Positions 29,439-39,834 of a DNA stretch of 64,000 nucleotides are shown here, in pieces; position 1 is the first letter of the stretch; every line of letters begins with the position of its first letter. Where the stretch lies: IMG/VR virus record IMGVR_UViG_3300028384_000657, positions 1 through 64,000 of that record. One strand, given 5' to 3'. The notes beneath the pieces are model-generated. The model had not been told where the DNA came from. It worked only from the letters and a program-made list of their open reading frames with translations, and made no database searches. The translations under genes were made by a program, and so were the position numbers. This DNA is from a virus.

Positions 29439-30698
29439 ATGATTATTGAGCTCCTCAAACTGGTAGCAGTACCAGTAGCAATTGGTGGAGCATTGGTTGG
29501 GGCGGATATCACCGCCCTTTCTAGTGCTATCGCTGGACCTGCTTTTGAGCAGGTTGGTCAGTATGGAGTCGGTGAAGATTCCGCTGCTGAAATTATTGCA
29601 TCTGATGGAAAAAACCTCGCATACACCAATTCGGATAAAGGAAGTGTTGACTTCGTTAACATTTCTGATCCTTCTAACCCTACCGCTATCACTGCTGTGG
29701 ATGTCGGCGGTGAACCAACCAGTGTGGCGATCCACGACGGATATGCGGTTGCGGCTGTTAACACCTCATCATCCTACACGAATCCATCGGGCAAGGTGGT
29801 AGTGATTGATATGTGGGACTATAAAGTAGTAAAGGAGATTTCTCTTGCTGGTCAACCAGATGCTGTGTCTATTAGTCCCGATGGCAAGTTTGCTGCTATT
29901 GCTATTGAAAATGAACGAGACGAAGACCTCAACGATGGACTGATTCCTCAGTATCCTGCAGGTAACGTCGCTATTGTAACTCCTGGGGGTGAAGTAACTT
30001 ATGCAGATGTTCGTGGTCTCGCTGGCATTGCTCCTAGCGATCCTGAACCTGAGTTTGTTGACATCAATGACAAAGGTGAAATTGTTGTTACTCTTCAAGA
30101 GAACAACCATATGGTTGTTCTTGATTCCAGTGGTAATGTCATCTCCGATTTCGATGCTGGCAAGGTAGACTTGTATGATATTGACGACACCAAAGACGGT
30201 TATTATATGCCTGTTGGTTCTCGTCAGGGTGTACGTCGTGAGCCTGATGCTGTTGCTTGGATCGACAACGATCACTTTGTTACTGCTAATGAAGGTGACT
30301 ATAAACTGAAGCGTCGTGGTGAGCACAAGCGTGGTGGATCCAGAGGGTTTACAATCTTCCATAAGGATGGTAGTATTGTGTATGACTCAGGTAACACCTT
30401 TGAGAATACTCTCGCCAAGGCAGGTTACTGGAACGACAAGCGTGCTGAGAAGAAAGGTGTTGAACCTGAATCCGTCACGGTTGGAACTTACGGTGGCACT
30501 CGTATGCTGTTCGTAGGTGCTGAGAGAGCAAACGCTGTTGGTGTTTATGACATCACTGACCTGTCTGCTCCTAAACTCCTCCAGATCCTCCCTACGGGTA
30601 AGGCACCTGAGGGTCTTCTCGCTCTAGAAGATGAAGGTCTCTTCATTACTTCTAACGAGAAGGATGCCAAAAACTCTATTTCTATCTTTAAATTCTGA
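29439..30698 (+). CDS. phoA: alkaline-phosphatase-like beta-propeller protein (cyanophage PhoA type)
   Basis: GEPTSVA, QPDAVSISPDG, IENERDE, EPEFV, TANEGD, KGVEPE, APEG; directly after pstS. Confidence 0.75.
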   Translation: MIIELLKLVAVPVAIGGALVGADITALSSAIAGPAFEQVGQYGVGEDSAAEIIASDGKNLAYTNSDKGSVDFVNISDPSNPTAITAVDVGGEPTSVAIHDGYAVAAVNTSSSYTNPSGKVVVIDMWDYKVVKEISLAGQPDAVSISPDGKFAAIAIENERDEDLNDGLIPQYPAGNVAIVTPGGEVTYADVRGLAGIAPSDPEPEFVDINDKGEIVVTLQENNHMVVLDSSGNVISDFDAGKVDLYDIDDTKDGYYMPVGSRQGVRREPDAVAWIDNDHFVTANEGDYKLKRRGEHKRGGSRGFTIFHKDGSIVYDSGNTFENTLAKAGYWNDKRAEKKGVEPESVTVGTYGGTRMLFVGAERANAVGVYDITDLSAPKLLQILPTGKAPEGLLALEDEGLFITSNEKDAKNSISIFKF

Positions 30699-30907
30699 TG
30701 AATTGTGACCCCAAGTGGAAGAAGTGGTGTATTGCCTGCTGCTCATCGCAACTATGGATATTCCCAATGCTTCTACTTGGGATTCTTATTGTTATTGAAG
30801 GTGTTCATACCGATGCTCACCGAAAGATGGAAATGGATGTTCATAACTATTGCAAACAAAATGCAGAACATCAAGAGAATTTGAAATTTAATGATGATGA
30901 TTGGTAA
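30698..30907 (+). CDS. small membrane protein
   Basis: 69 aa, one TM helix, coupled to phoA stop. Confidence 0.6.
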   Translation: MNCDPKWKKWCIACCSSQLWIFPMLLLGILIVIEGVHTDAHRKMEMDVHNYCKQNAEHQENLKFNDDDW

Positions 30908-30928
30908 ATGTATACATAATACATAATT

Positions 30929-30953
30929 AAAGAGACCCTCAGGGTCTCTTTTT
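30929..30953 (+). terminator. terminator closing the pho operon
   Basis: AAGAGACCC-TCA-GGGTCTCTT followed by Ts. Confidence 0.85.
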
Positions 30954-30966
30954 ATTTGAGGTTAGT

Positions 30967-31197
30967 ATGAACATTTATCTAAACCTAAAACCGAATAACT
31001 ATGATGGAGAATCAGATCTCCTAACACTAGACTTGCCGCAAAATTATCTTGATGATATAATGAGGTATGTTCGTCCTATTGCTGAACAAAAAGAAACTTC
31101 AGACATGAAAGTTCTGAAGGAATTATTTAAAGAAGCAGCATTTGAAATTTCAAGGAGATCCAATGAGCGTAAAAATCGTAAGAACAAAAGGCGGTGA
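30967..31197 (+). CDS. hypothetical protein
   Basis: GAGG RBS, 76-aa ORF. Confidence 0.65.
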   Translation: MNIYLNLKPNNYDGESDLLTLDLPQNYLDDIMRYVRPIAEQKETSDMKVLKELFKEAAFEISRRSNERKNRKNKRR

Positions 31198-31537
31198 AGA
31201 CATCATCTGCGACTTACACGAAGTTGTAACCAAAGATGAACAGCAAAGTGTTGTAGGTTTTCAATTCAGTAAACCATATTCGGTTTATCTGGAAAGTGCA
31301 AATCAACGTGAGTTTCTGATTGAGGGCGACAGTCCAATTCAAGAGGAAGCAGAACCTATTCTGATGATGGAACCCTGGGTTCCTCTTGCAGCAAAGCAGC
31401 ACGTTATCGTTCGAGCAGATGAGGTTGTCACCGCATATGACCCTCTGCCCGAAGTAATTAACAAGTACAATGAATTAGTGGAGGCAACCCATGGAAGAGT
31501 CACAGGTGAAATTGATCCTGTTGAAAACAAGGAATGA
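31163..31537 (+). CDS. conserved hypothetical protein (Sm-like fold suspected)
   Basis: VKIVRTKGGEDIICD...PWVPL. Confidence 0.7.
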   Translation: MSVKIVRTKGGEDIICDLHEVVTKDEQQSVVGFQFSKPYSVYLESANQREFLIEGDSPIQEEAEPILMMEPWVPLAAKQHVIVRADEVVTAYDPLPEVINKYNELVEATHGRVTGEIDPVENKE

Positions 31538-31736
31538 GTATCTGATTGGTAAAGTTACTCAACTGGATGAAGAACCAAGTTGTTTGATTGAAAACTGTAT
31601 GCAAGTGACGGAAGACGACACCCTGGTGCCATTTCCTCGCTTCACAGAACAACGTGACATGTTCTTGACTTCTGACATGATTCTGACTATACTGGATCCG
31701 AGTCCTAAAGTCTTGGAAACATACAAGAACGCATGA
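31491..31736 (+). CDS. conserved hypothetical protein
   Basis: 81 aa directly upstream of g43. Confidence 0.7.
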   Translation: MEESQVKLILLKTRNEYLIGKVTQLDEEPSCLIENCMQVTEDDTLVPFPRFTEQRDMFLTSDMILTILDPSPKVLETYKNA

Positions 31737-34231
31737 GTTCCTTCTATACAAACATTCAACTGGCAGGAGATACTATCCTTTATCGGGGATACGAGAACGG
31801 CGAACCAGTTCAGTTTCGCACACAGTTCTCTCCTACTCTGTATGTCTTGTCTAATAAGAAGGAAGAGTTTCAAACACTGGATGGGCGATATGTGTCTCCC
31901 ATTCAGTTTGGTGTAGCAAGAGAAGCACGGGACTTCATCAAAAAGTATGAGGGTGTGCAAGGATTTGAAGTTCATGGATATGAACGTTTTGTATATCAAT
32001 ACATCCGACGTGAGTTTCCTGGTGAAGTTCAATATTCAATCCCTCAGATGAAAATCTATGCACTGGATATTGAGGTCCAGTGTGAGAATGGATTCCCTGA
32101 TGTAGAAGCGGCAGCAGAAGAAATGCTGTCGATCACTGTTAAAGACATGGTGTCCAAGCAATATTATTGCTGGGCAATGAGAGAGTTTACACCACCTGAA
32201 GGTGTCAAGCATAAAATTTTCTGGACAGAAAATGAAATGCTGCAAGACTTCATTACCTGGTGGTCACATAATACACCTGATATCCTTACGGGTTGGAACG
32301 TGAATCTTTATGACGTTCCATACATCGCCCGTAGGGTTAATCGTGTACTTGGGGAGAAATGGATGAAGAGTCTATCTCCCTGGAACCGAGCAAACGAAAG
32401 GGAGGTCTATGTCCAAGGTCGTAAAAATTATGCTTACGATATCTCTGGTGTCAATATTCTTGACTATCTGGATCTATATCGAAAGTTTACGTACTCAAGT
32501 CAAGAGTCTTACCGACTTGACCATATCGCTTTCATCGAACTTGGGCAGCGAAAAGTTGATCACTCTGAATACGAAAACTTCAAAGACTTCTATACCTCTG
32601 ATTGGCAGAAGTTTATGGAATACAACATCCAAGACGTTGAACTGATTGACCGATTGGAAGATAAGATGAAGTTGCTTGAACTTGCCATCACGATGAGTTA
32701 CGATGCCAAGGTCAACTTTGAAGATGTGTATAGTCAGGTCCGCATGTGGGACACCATGATCTATAACTATCTCACCGATAGAAAAGTTGTAGTTCCCCCC
32801 CGTAAAGGTGCTAAGAAGGATGAGAAATACGCAGGAGCATATGTCAAGGAACCGATTCCTGGAAAGTATGATTGGGTTGTCTCTTTTGACCTCAATAGCC
32901 TTTATCCTCATCTTATCATGCAGTACAATATCTCGCCAGAGACACTCATTGATGCGAGACATCCCTCAGCAACGGTTGATCGAATCCTTGAGGAAACGCT
33001 AGATATTGATGGGGAATATTGTGTATGTGCTAACGGTGCTCAGTATCGTAAGGACATCCATGGTTTCCTTCCAGAAATGATGCAGAAGATTTACGATGAA
33101 CGAACCATTTACAAAAAGAGGATGCTTGCCGCTAAGCAAAATCTTGAACATGCCACCACACCTGCAGAGACCGCATCATTACAAAAGGATGTGTCCAAGT
33201 TCAACAACATCCAAATGGCAAGAAAAATCCAACTCAACTCTGCCTATGGTGCCATCGGAAACCAATACTTCCGATACTACAATCTGGCAAATGCTGAGGC
33301 AATTACCCTCTCGGGTCAAGTCTCGATTCGTTGGATCGAAGGAAAAGTAAACCAGTATCTAAACAAACTACTTAAAACGGAGAACAAAGATTATGTTATT
33401 GCCAGTGATACTGACAGCATCTATATCTGTCTTGATATACTTGTTCGCTCTGTATTTGATTCACAAGATGTTTCTTCACAGAGGATTGTCAGTTTTCTCG
33501 ACGCGGCGTGTCAGAGTAAGATCGAACCATTCATCGACAAGTCCTACAAGGAACTAGCAGACTATGTTGGTGCCTATGAACAGAAGATGTTCATGAAGCG
33601 AGAGAACATCGCTAACAAGGGCATCTGGACTGCTAAGAAGCGATATATCCTCAACGTCTGGGACAGCGAGGGTGTTCGTTATGAGAAACCCAAACTCAAG
33701 ATCATGGGTCTTGAGGCAGTTAAGTCTTCTACTCCTGCTGCTTGTCGCACTGCAATTAGAGATTGCATGAAAGTGATCATGAACAAAGATGAGAAAGCGG
33801 CACAGAAGTTCATCGCTGATTTTAAGGATGAGTTTTCGTCATTGCCAATCGAAGATATTTCTTTCCCACGCGGTTGTAATGGAATAAATAAATGGTCGCA
33901 TCCAGCGACAATCTATAGCAAGGGCACACCTATTCACGTTAGAGGAGCATTGCTTTACAACTTCCATAACAAGAAGAACAAACTTACTCATAAGTATCCT
34001 CTTATTCAGGACGGTGAGAAGATTAAGTTTGTGTACTTGAAAACACCCAATAAAATTGGGGAGAATGTGATCAGTTATCTGGGCACATTCCCGAAGGAGT
34101 TCGGTCTTGACAAACAGGTAGACTATGATCTACAATTCTCAAAGTCGTTTCTAGATCCTATTAAAGTAATCATGGACGTTATGGGGTGGCAACCCGAAAA
34201 AGTAGCATCACTGGAGTTTTTATTTGGATGA
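31733..34231 (+). CDS. g43: family B DNA polymerase gp43
   Basis: DIE exo I, SFDLNSLYP, KIQLNSAYG, ASDTDS, KKRY; no intein or intron. Confidence 0.99.
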   Translation: MSSFYTNIQLAGDTILYRGYENGEPVQFRTQFSPTLYVLSNKKEEFQTLDGRYVSPIQFGVAREARDFIKKYEGVQGFEVHGYERFVYQYIRREFPGEVQYSIPQMKIYALDIEVQCENGFPDVEAAAEEMLSITVKDMVSKQYYCWAMREFTPPEGVKHKIFWTENEMLQDFITWWSHNTPDILTGWNVNLYDVPYIARRVNRVLGEKWMKSLSPWNRANEREVYVQGRKNYAYDISGVNILDYLDLYRKFTYSSQESYRLDHIAFIELGQRKVDHSEYENFKDFYTSDWQKFMEYNIQDVELIDRLEDKMKLLELAITMSYDAKVNFEDVYSQVRMWDTMIYNYLTDRKVVVPPRKGAKKDEKYAGAYVKEPIPGKYDWVVSFDLNSLYPHLIMQYNISPETLIDARHPSATVDRILEETLDIDGEYCVCANGAQYRKDIHGFLPEMMQKIYDERTIYKKRMLAAKQNLEHATTPAETASLQKDVSKFNNIQMARKIQLNSAYGAIGNQYFRYYNLANAEAITLSGQVSIRWIEGKVNQYLNKLLKTENKDYVIASDTDSIYICLDILVRSVFDSQDVSSQRIVSFLDAACQSKIEPFIDKSYKELADYVGAYEQKMFMKRENIANKGIWTAKKRYILNVWDSEGVRYEKPKLKIMGLEAVKSSTPAACRTAIRDCMKVIMNKDEKAAQKFIADFKDEFSSLPIEDISFPRGCNGINKWSHPATIYSKGTPIHVRGALLYNFHNKKNKLTHKYPLIQDGEKIKFVYLKTPNKIGENVISYLGTFPKEFGLDKQVDYDLQFSKSFLDPIKVIMDVMGWQPEKVASLEFLFG

Positions 34232-34383
34232 ACAGAACACGATTTGTAGTCACATATCAAAATGCTTTTGGATTCTCTCCTAGAGAAGAAAAAGTTTTTG
34301 AAGATCATAAAGAAGCAGAATGGTTTGAACGTGCCATGAAACGTTCTAATTACATCACAACATTATTGGAGGTTAAAGAGTGA
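34228..34383 (+). CDS. small hypothetical protein
   Basis: 51 aa, overlaps g43 stop and uvsX start. Confidence 0.6.
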   Translation: MNRTRFVVTYQNAFGFSPREEKVFEDHKEAEWFERAMKRSNYITTLLEVKE

Positions 34384-35390
34384 ATTTTTTACAGGATGTA
34401 GCAAAGGAGATTGGTAATGAGTATGCAGGACTTGTCAGCGATGGTGTCGCAGCAGGAGACACTTCTGATTTCATTGACACTGGTAGTTACATTTTCAATG
34501 CTTTGGTTAGCGGTTCAATCTACGGTGGAGTCCCCTCAAACAAGATCACTGCTATCGCTGGTGAGTCTTCTACTGGCAAGACTTTCTTTTGCCTTGGGAT
34601 TGTCCAGCATTTTCTTGACAGCAATCCCGACGCTGGGGTAATTTATTTTGAGTCTGAGTCTGCTATCTCAAAGCAGATGATTGAGGATCGTGGTATTGAT
34701 TCTTCTCGTATGATGATCGTGCCAGTTGCAACCATTGAACAGTTCCGAACTCAGTCTTGCCGTATCCTTGACAAGTATATGGAGCAGGATGCTGCTGACC
34801 GCAAACCTCTGATGTTTGTCCTGGATTCTCTGGGTATGCTCTCCACTGAGAAGGAGATTGCAGACGTTGCTGCTGACAAGCAGGTTCGTGACATGACTAA
34901 GAGTCAGTTGATCAAGGGTGCCTTCCGTGTGCTAACGCTCAAATTGGGTAAGGCAAACGTTCCAATGCTTGTTACCAATCATACATATGATGTAATCGGA
35001 AGTTATATTCCCACAAAAGAAATGGGAGGAGGAAGTGGACTCAAATACGCTTCATCGACAATTATATATCTATCAAAGAAGAAGGAAAAGGATGGTACGG
35101 AGATTGTTGGTAATATTATCAAATGCAAAGCACAGAAATCTCGATTAACAAAGGAGAACTCACAAGTTGAAACACGTCTTTATTACGATCGTGGACTTGA
35201 CAGGTATTACGGACTACTGGAACTGGGTGAGAAATACGGAGTCTTCACCAAGCGTGGGAATCGCATCGTCGTTGGTGAATCTACTGTTTATCCTAAGTCT
35301 ATTCTCTCTGATCCGCAGAAGTATTTCACCCCCGAAGTGATGGAACAACTCGACGAAGCTGCAGCAAAGGAATTTCGTTATGGAACTTGA
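34380..35390 (+). CDS. uvsX: RecA-like recombinase UvsX
   Basis: [25 protein letters not shown]. Confidence 0.96.
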   Translation: MNFLQDVAKEIGNEYAGLVSDGVAAGDTSDFIDTGSYIFNALVSGSIYGGVPSNKITAIAGESSTGKTFFCLGIVQHFLDSNPDAGVIYFESESAISKQMIEDRGIDSSRMMIVPVATIEQFRTQSCRILDKYMEQDAADRKPLMFVLDSLGMLSTEKEIADVAADKQVRDMTKSQLIKGAFRVLTLKLGKANVPMLVTNHTYDVIGSYIPTKEMGGGSGLKYASSTIIYLSKKKEKDGTEIVGNIIKCKAQKSRLTKENSQVETRLYYDRGLDRYYGLLELGEKYGVFTKRGNRIVVGESTVYPKSILSDPQKYFTPEVMEQLDEAAAKEFRYGT

Positions 35391-35940
35391 GTCTTATGTT
35401 AGAACGTATGATAATGTTCTTGTTCCAGATGTATGTAAATCTATCATCGAAGCATTTTCTAAATCCAACAGCGAGTATATTGATCGAGAGCAGCGACCTG
35501 CCTTCACGCACTTAAACATATCCAGACCATATAAAGAAAATGACATTCTATGGGTGAAACATCATGACACTATTATGAATGTCTTTGATGAATACATTGA
35601 ACAGTATGTCACTTCACTTGATTGTGGTCCTGATTTTCCATTCAATTCTTCATATGAAGAATTTCGTATGAAACGATATGTAAATGATGGGCATGATCAG
35701 TTTAAAGATCATGTTGATGTTCAGGATCACCCAACTTCTCGTAGAATGTTGGCTATGTTCATATACTTAAATGATGTATCGGAAGGTGGTGAGACATATT
35801 TCCCTAAACTTGACTTGAAAATCACACCCAGGTGTGGTAAACTCTTGATATTCCCACCTCTTTGGATGTTTAGACACGCAGGACTTCCTCCTGTGTCAAA
35901 CGAGAAGTACATTATCGGATCGTATTTGCACTACCTATGA
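35380..35940 (+). CDS. 2OG-Fe(II) oxygenase
   Basis: [35 protein letters not shown]. Confidence 0.9.
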   Translation: MELESYVRTYDNVLVPDVCKSIIEAFSKSNSEYIDREQRPAFTHLNISRPYKENDILWVKHHDTIMNVFDEYIEQYVTSLDCGPDFPFNSSYEEFRMKRYVNDGHDQFKDHVDVQDHPTSRRMLAMFIYLNDVSEGGETYFPKLDLKITPRCGKLLIFPPLWMFRHAGLPPVSNEKYIIGSYLHYL

Positions 35941-37316
35941 ATCTTGAAGTCACAATCCTCAGTAATCTTCTCTATAATGAGAAATATGTGAGGAAGGTAT
36001 TGCCTTTCTTGAAGGTTGATTATTTTACTGATCGATCTCATAAGGTTATCTTTCTCGAAATTCATGAGTATGTGAGTCAGTATGATGCACTACCCAGTCT
36101 GAACGCAATTGGTATAGAATGCCAAGAACGAATTGATCTCACCGAGGATCAGTTCAAAGATATTATTGGAGTTTTGAATGTCCTTTCCGATGATCCCACA
36201 GACCACGATTGGCTCGTTGATACTACAGAAAAGTGGTGTCAAGAGCGTGCGATCTACCTATCTCTTATGGAATCTGTCAAGATTGCTGACGGACAGGATA
36301 CCAAGAGGGATAAAGGCGCTATTCCTCAAATCCTTTCGGAAGCTCTTGGGGTTACGTTTGATCAAAATGTAGGTCACGATTACGTTTCAAACGCAGAAGA
36401 ACGCTATGAGTTCTACCACAGAAAAGAAGACAAAATCCCCTTCGATCTTTCGTTCTTTAATAAGATTACGAAGGGCGGTCTTTCTAACAAAAGTCTTAAC
36501 ATCGCACTCGCTGGCACTGGCGTGGGCAAGTCTTTGTTTATGTGTCACTGCGCCGCTGCAGCACTCCTTCAAGGCAAGAACGTCCTTTATATCACACTGG
36601 AAATGGCAGAAGAGAAGATCGCTGAACGCATTGATGCGAATCTACTCAACGTCCCGATCCAAAAACTAGCAGAACTTCCTAAGGCAATGTTCGATAAGAA
36701 GATTGCAACTCTTGCTAAGAAGACTCAGGGCAAACTTATAATTAAAGAATACCCAACAGCATCTGCACATGTTGGACATTTTAAATCTCTTGTTAGTGAT
36801 CTTGCTCTTAAGCGGTCTATCAAACCCGATATTATCTTTGTGGATTACCTTAATATTTGTGCGTCCGAAAGATATAAGAGTAGCGTTGTCAACTCGTACA
36901 CCTATGTTAAATCTATCGCAGAAGAACTTAGGGGTTTTGCTTGTCAGTGTGGAGTTCCTATTGTCTCTGCTACACAGACCACTCGTTCAGGTTATGGTAG
37001 CACTGATGTTGATCTTACTGACACTAGTGAGTCCTTTGGTCTTCCTGCTACTGCTGATCTTATGTTTGCCCTTATTAGCACGGAAGAACTTGAGGGTATG
37101 AACCAGATTATGGTCAAGCAACTCAAGAACAGGTACAATGATCCGACAATGAACAAAAGATTCTGTGTAGGTATTGACAGAGCGAAGATGAGGTTGTATG
37201 ATGTGGAGGAATCTGCACAGGAAGATCTTCAAGATTCTGGGCAGGAAAGCGAGAAAGTCGATCTCGTAAAACGATTTACAGCAAAGAAAACATTTCAAGA
37301 TCTAAAGTATGATTGA
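35937..37316 (+). CDS. g41: replicative helicase gp41
   Basis: AGTGVGKS, TLEMAEE, VDYLNI, SATQTTR, QLKNRY. Confidence 0.97.
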   Translation: MNLEVTILSNLLYNEKYVRKVLPFLKVDYFTDRSHKVIFLEIHEYVSQYDALPSLNAIGIECQERIDLTEDQFKDIIGVLNVLSDDPTDHDWLVDTTEKWCQERAIYLSLMESVKIADGQDTKRDKGAIPQILSEALGVTFDQNVGHDYVSNAEERYEFYHRKEDKIPFDLSFFNKITKGGLSNKSLNIALAGTGVGKSLFMCHCAAAALLQGKNVLYITLEMAEEKIAERIDANLLNVPIQKLAELPKAMFDKKIATLAKKTQGKLIIKEYPTASAHVGHFKSLVSDLALKRSIKPDIIFVDYLNICASERYKSSVVNSYTYVKSIAEELRGFACQCGVPIVSATQTTRSGYGSTDVDLTDTSESFGLPATADLMFALISTEELEGMNQIMVKQLKNRYNDPTMNKRFCVGIDRAKMRLYDVEESAQEDLQDSGQESEKVDLVKRFTAKKTFQDLKYD

Positions 37317-37710
37317 CCCTAACAAGTATCTGGAGTTTGTAGATGCCGTTACGTCGGAACCATCGAAAGACCATGAAGCATTCATTTATCGTCTTCAAGA
37401 ACTCGAAGGCGAGGAGTTTCCTGCCGAGCGATTGCTTACTGCTTCTGTAGGTATGTGTGCTGAGGCAGGTGAGTTTACCGAAGTGGTAAAGAAGATTGTC
37501 TTTCAAGGCAAACTTGTCAACGAAGATAATCTGTTTCATCTGAAGCGTGAACTCGGTGACATCATGTGGTATGTTGCTCAAGCATGTATCAGTCTGAATA
37601 TCAGTCTCGATGAAGTTCTTGCTATGAATGTAGAGAAACTCTCTGCTCGATATCCTGCAGGAACTTTTGACGTTCATTTTTCAGAAAACCGTAAAGAAGG
37701 AGATGTATGA
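37309..37710 (+). CDS. mazG: MazG nucleoside triphosphate pyrophosphohydrolase
   Basis: AEAGEFTEVVKK, RELGDIMWY, NVEKL.ARYP. Confidence 0.93.
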   Translation: MIDPNKYLEFVDAVTSEPSKDHEAFIYRLQELEGEEFPAERLLTASVGMCAEAGEFTEVVKKIVFQGKLVNEDNLFHLKRELGDIMWYVAQACISLNISLDEVLAMNVEKLSARYPAGTFDVHFSENRKEGDV

Positions 37711-37853
37711 CTAAAAAACAACATATAACCAAGTCTGGAGACACCTTTGAGTGGGAAGAGACTGATGAAGTTCGTGCCGCAGTAGAAAGACTGCATCAAA
37801 CCATTCGCGAACTTGAAAAGAAAAACGCACCTGATTATGGAGTTGGAAAATGA
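37707..37853 (+). CDS. small hypothetical protein (48 aa, not in ORF track)
   Basis: MTKKQHITKSGDTFEWEET...; ATGA overlaps at both ends. Confidence 0.6.
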   Translation: MTKKQHITKSGDTFEWEETDEVRAAVERLHQTIRELEKKNAPDYGVGK

Positions 37854-38068
37854 AACTACTCACACTTGAAGATTATCAACAGGCAGGAGAAACATTCTGG
37901 CCAAAGTATTGGTATGTTGCCAAAGAACTTGGTGAAGATGTAAAACCTGAGCAAGTCTTGAAAGTCATGGAAGCGGTAGGTGGTCTTGCACTGAAACTTG
38001 CATTGGAAAAGAAAGAAAAAGAAGGACCGTTTGGTTTTAACAAACAATCTGGAGAATTTAATGAGTGA
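37850..38068 (+). CDS. conserved hypothetical protein
   Basis: FWPKYWYVAKELGE. Confidence 0.7.
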   Translation: MKLLTLEDYQQAGETFWPKYWYVAKELGEDVKPEQVLKVMEAVGGLALKLALEKKEKEGPFGFNKQSGEFNE

Positions 38069-38405
38069 AGAATCTTTGATCTATCCTGGCAAGATGCTAG
38101 GAGAACTTGCTATTGCACTTGAGAAACTAGGTTGGGACTACGGTGACGATGTTGCTGTAGAAATTGCTGGCACTCAAATCTATGAGATTGAAGGTGCAGG
38201 CACTAAGTGGGCACCTGTCAAAGGCACCCGTAAGTACAATAAAGATGCCTTCATTGTCATCAAAAATAGATCCCGAAATCCATTCGTCCCTTCGCAAGCA
38301 CCTAAAGATGACCCAGAACGACTACAACACCATTCCAAGGTGGAAGCAAGCAAGCAACAAAGCGATAGCGGAGAACCTGCTAACGAGCATAGCGGAGCTG
38401 GTTGA
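38061..38405 (+). CDS. conserved hypothetical protein
   Basis: GTKWAPVKGTRKYNKDAFIVIKN. Confidence 0.7.
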   Translation: MSEESLIYPGKMLGELAIALEKLGWDYGDDVAVEIAGTQIYEIEGAGTKWAPVKGTRKYNKDAFIVIKNRSRNPFVPSQAPKDDPERLQHHSKVEASKQQSDSGEPANEHSGAG

Positions 38406-38541
38406 TGGAAGATGGTATCGAACCGAAACCCTCGACTACAAAGGACACAGAACTAGAAAATACATCATCGAGCACGACATTACCGAAGGACCCGATAGTG
38501 CCGAGTCTAATGTTTCTGGGAGTGATAGCAGCGACACTTAG
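38308..38541 (+). CDS. hypothetical protein overlapping both neighbours
   Basis: MTQNDYNTIPRWK...KYIIEHD reads as globular; overlaps the preceding gene by about 98 nt. Confidence 0.5.
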   Translation: MTQNDYNTIPRWKQASNKAIAENLLTSIAELVDGRWYRTETLDYKGHRTRKYIIEHDITEGPDSAESNVSGSDSSDT

Positions 38542-38611
38542 TGTGATCGTTGCTGGTTACTTTAAGGGTAACATGCACATTGAGGCAGTATGGAAAACTC
38601 TCCATAGTTAA
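38402..38611 (+). CDS. small membrane protein (start uncertain)
   Basis: LMFLGVIAATLSVIVAGYF.GNMHIEAVW. Confidence 0.55.
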   Translation: MMEDGIEPKPSTTKDTELENTSSSTTLPKDPIVPSLMFLGVIAATLSVIVAGYFKGNMHIEAVWKTLHS

Positions 38612-38630
38612 TAAATAGTCAAAAAGAACA

Positions 38631-39767
38631 ATGGCAGCAGAAAAGATTGATGCTAATAGAGGGGATTTATTTGAAGCATTCTTTGCTGCTGCCGTAGCAG
38701 CACGGTTTATTAAACGTGCAAAGAGTAAAACTGAAAAAGTTCTACCTAAGATTACAGCATCTGATTGTGACCTGGTGCTGACTGAGATGATGAAGAAAGG
38801 ATTTACAAGGAAGGTAAATGATGTTGGTAGTGCAGTTATTGACACTGTGACTGTCAACGTTTCTATTCCAAAGAAAGCAAGTGCATTTCTTTCTACTAGA
38901 AATAATTGGTCGAAAGTTAGTGACCTTAGAACAGGTGCTGTAAACTTTGCTAATGGTCACTCTAGACTGAATGCTCAGGCACGAGGTTTGTCAATTAATA
39001 ATAGAGAAGACATTATCAAGATTACTGCTGCTGGTACAGAAGATCAGAAGGGAACAAAAGCAGACGTTAAGGTAGAAGTTAACTCTCCTACTAATCCAGA
39101 TAGAAGATTCCGAAATATTGATTACTCTTTGAAGGTTACTGGCGGTGAACAATTTCACCAAGTATCTGGTCTTGGGTTTGATAAGTTTGTAAATATCTTT
39201 GCTGAGATGGGATTGGATGTAAGAGAGATCGGACCAAAATATGAAAAGCAGTTAAGTGAATTCTTTGACAAGGAAGTATATACTAAAAAGTATACGAGTA
39301 GAGATCAAGCACAAAGAACTGGTGGTGGAGATAATTTAAAAGCATCTGCTCGACTTGTGTATGAATATGCAAAAGAGAAACTTCATAAAGGATTGAATGA
39401 TCCTAATCAGAATGATGTCAAGAAGAAGTTTGCTGATTATATTATCTTTGGATTATCGAGAAATGTTAAGACCGAACTTGTAAAATTTGCAGGAAATGGT
39501 CAGGTAAAGACAAGAGTAGCAGACAGAGCATTTAGAACTGTTTTGATTGGTAAAAGATTTGTTTGTGAAATGAAACCATCTGGCGATCCAAAGATTGAAA
39601 TTTATCTTGCTGATGAAGAGGGTAAGAAAATGCCAGGTAAAGATGCATTCATCATGCAAATCAGATATAAACTTGAGGTTGCTAGTGGTAAGTCTGCTGG
39701 TATGAAAGTATATAAGTTTTATCCAAGGAACTACCTGGAAGCCCAGGCAGGTATGTTCAGTATCTAA
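38631..39767 (+). CDS. late basic protein, possible PD-(D/E)XK-like nuclease
   Basis: RGDLFE...TKADV...DYSLK pattern; ATAAATA late promoter at about 38611. Confidence 0.55.
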   Translation: MAAEKIDANRGDLFEAFFAAAVAARFIKRAKSKTEKVLPKITASDCDLVLTEMMKKGFTRKVNDVGSAVIDTVTVNVSIPKKASAFLSTRNNWSKVSDLRTGAVNFANGHSRLNAQARGLSINNREDIIKITAAGTEDQKGTKADVKVEVNSPTNPDRRFRNIDYSLKVTGGEQFHQVSGLGFDKFVNIFAEMGLDVREIGPKYEKQLSEFFDKEVYTKKYTSRDQAQRTGGGDNLKASARLVYEYAKEKLHKGLNDPNQNDVKKKFADYIIFGLSRNVKTELVKFAGNGQVKTRVADRAFRTVLIGKRFVCEMKPSGDPKIEIYLADEEGKKMPGKDAFIMQIRYKLEVASGKSAGMKVYKFYPRNYLEAQAGMFSI

Positions 39768-39834
39768 ACTGGCACACTACATTATGGACTCGACTTTAAC
39801 CTGCTATAATAACGGTATAGAGACAGAGGAATCC

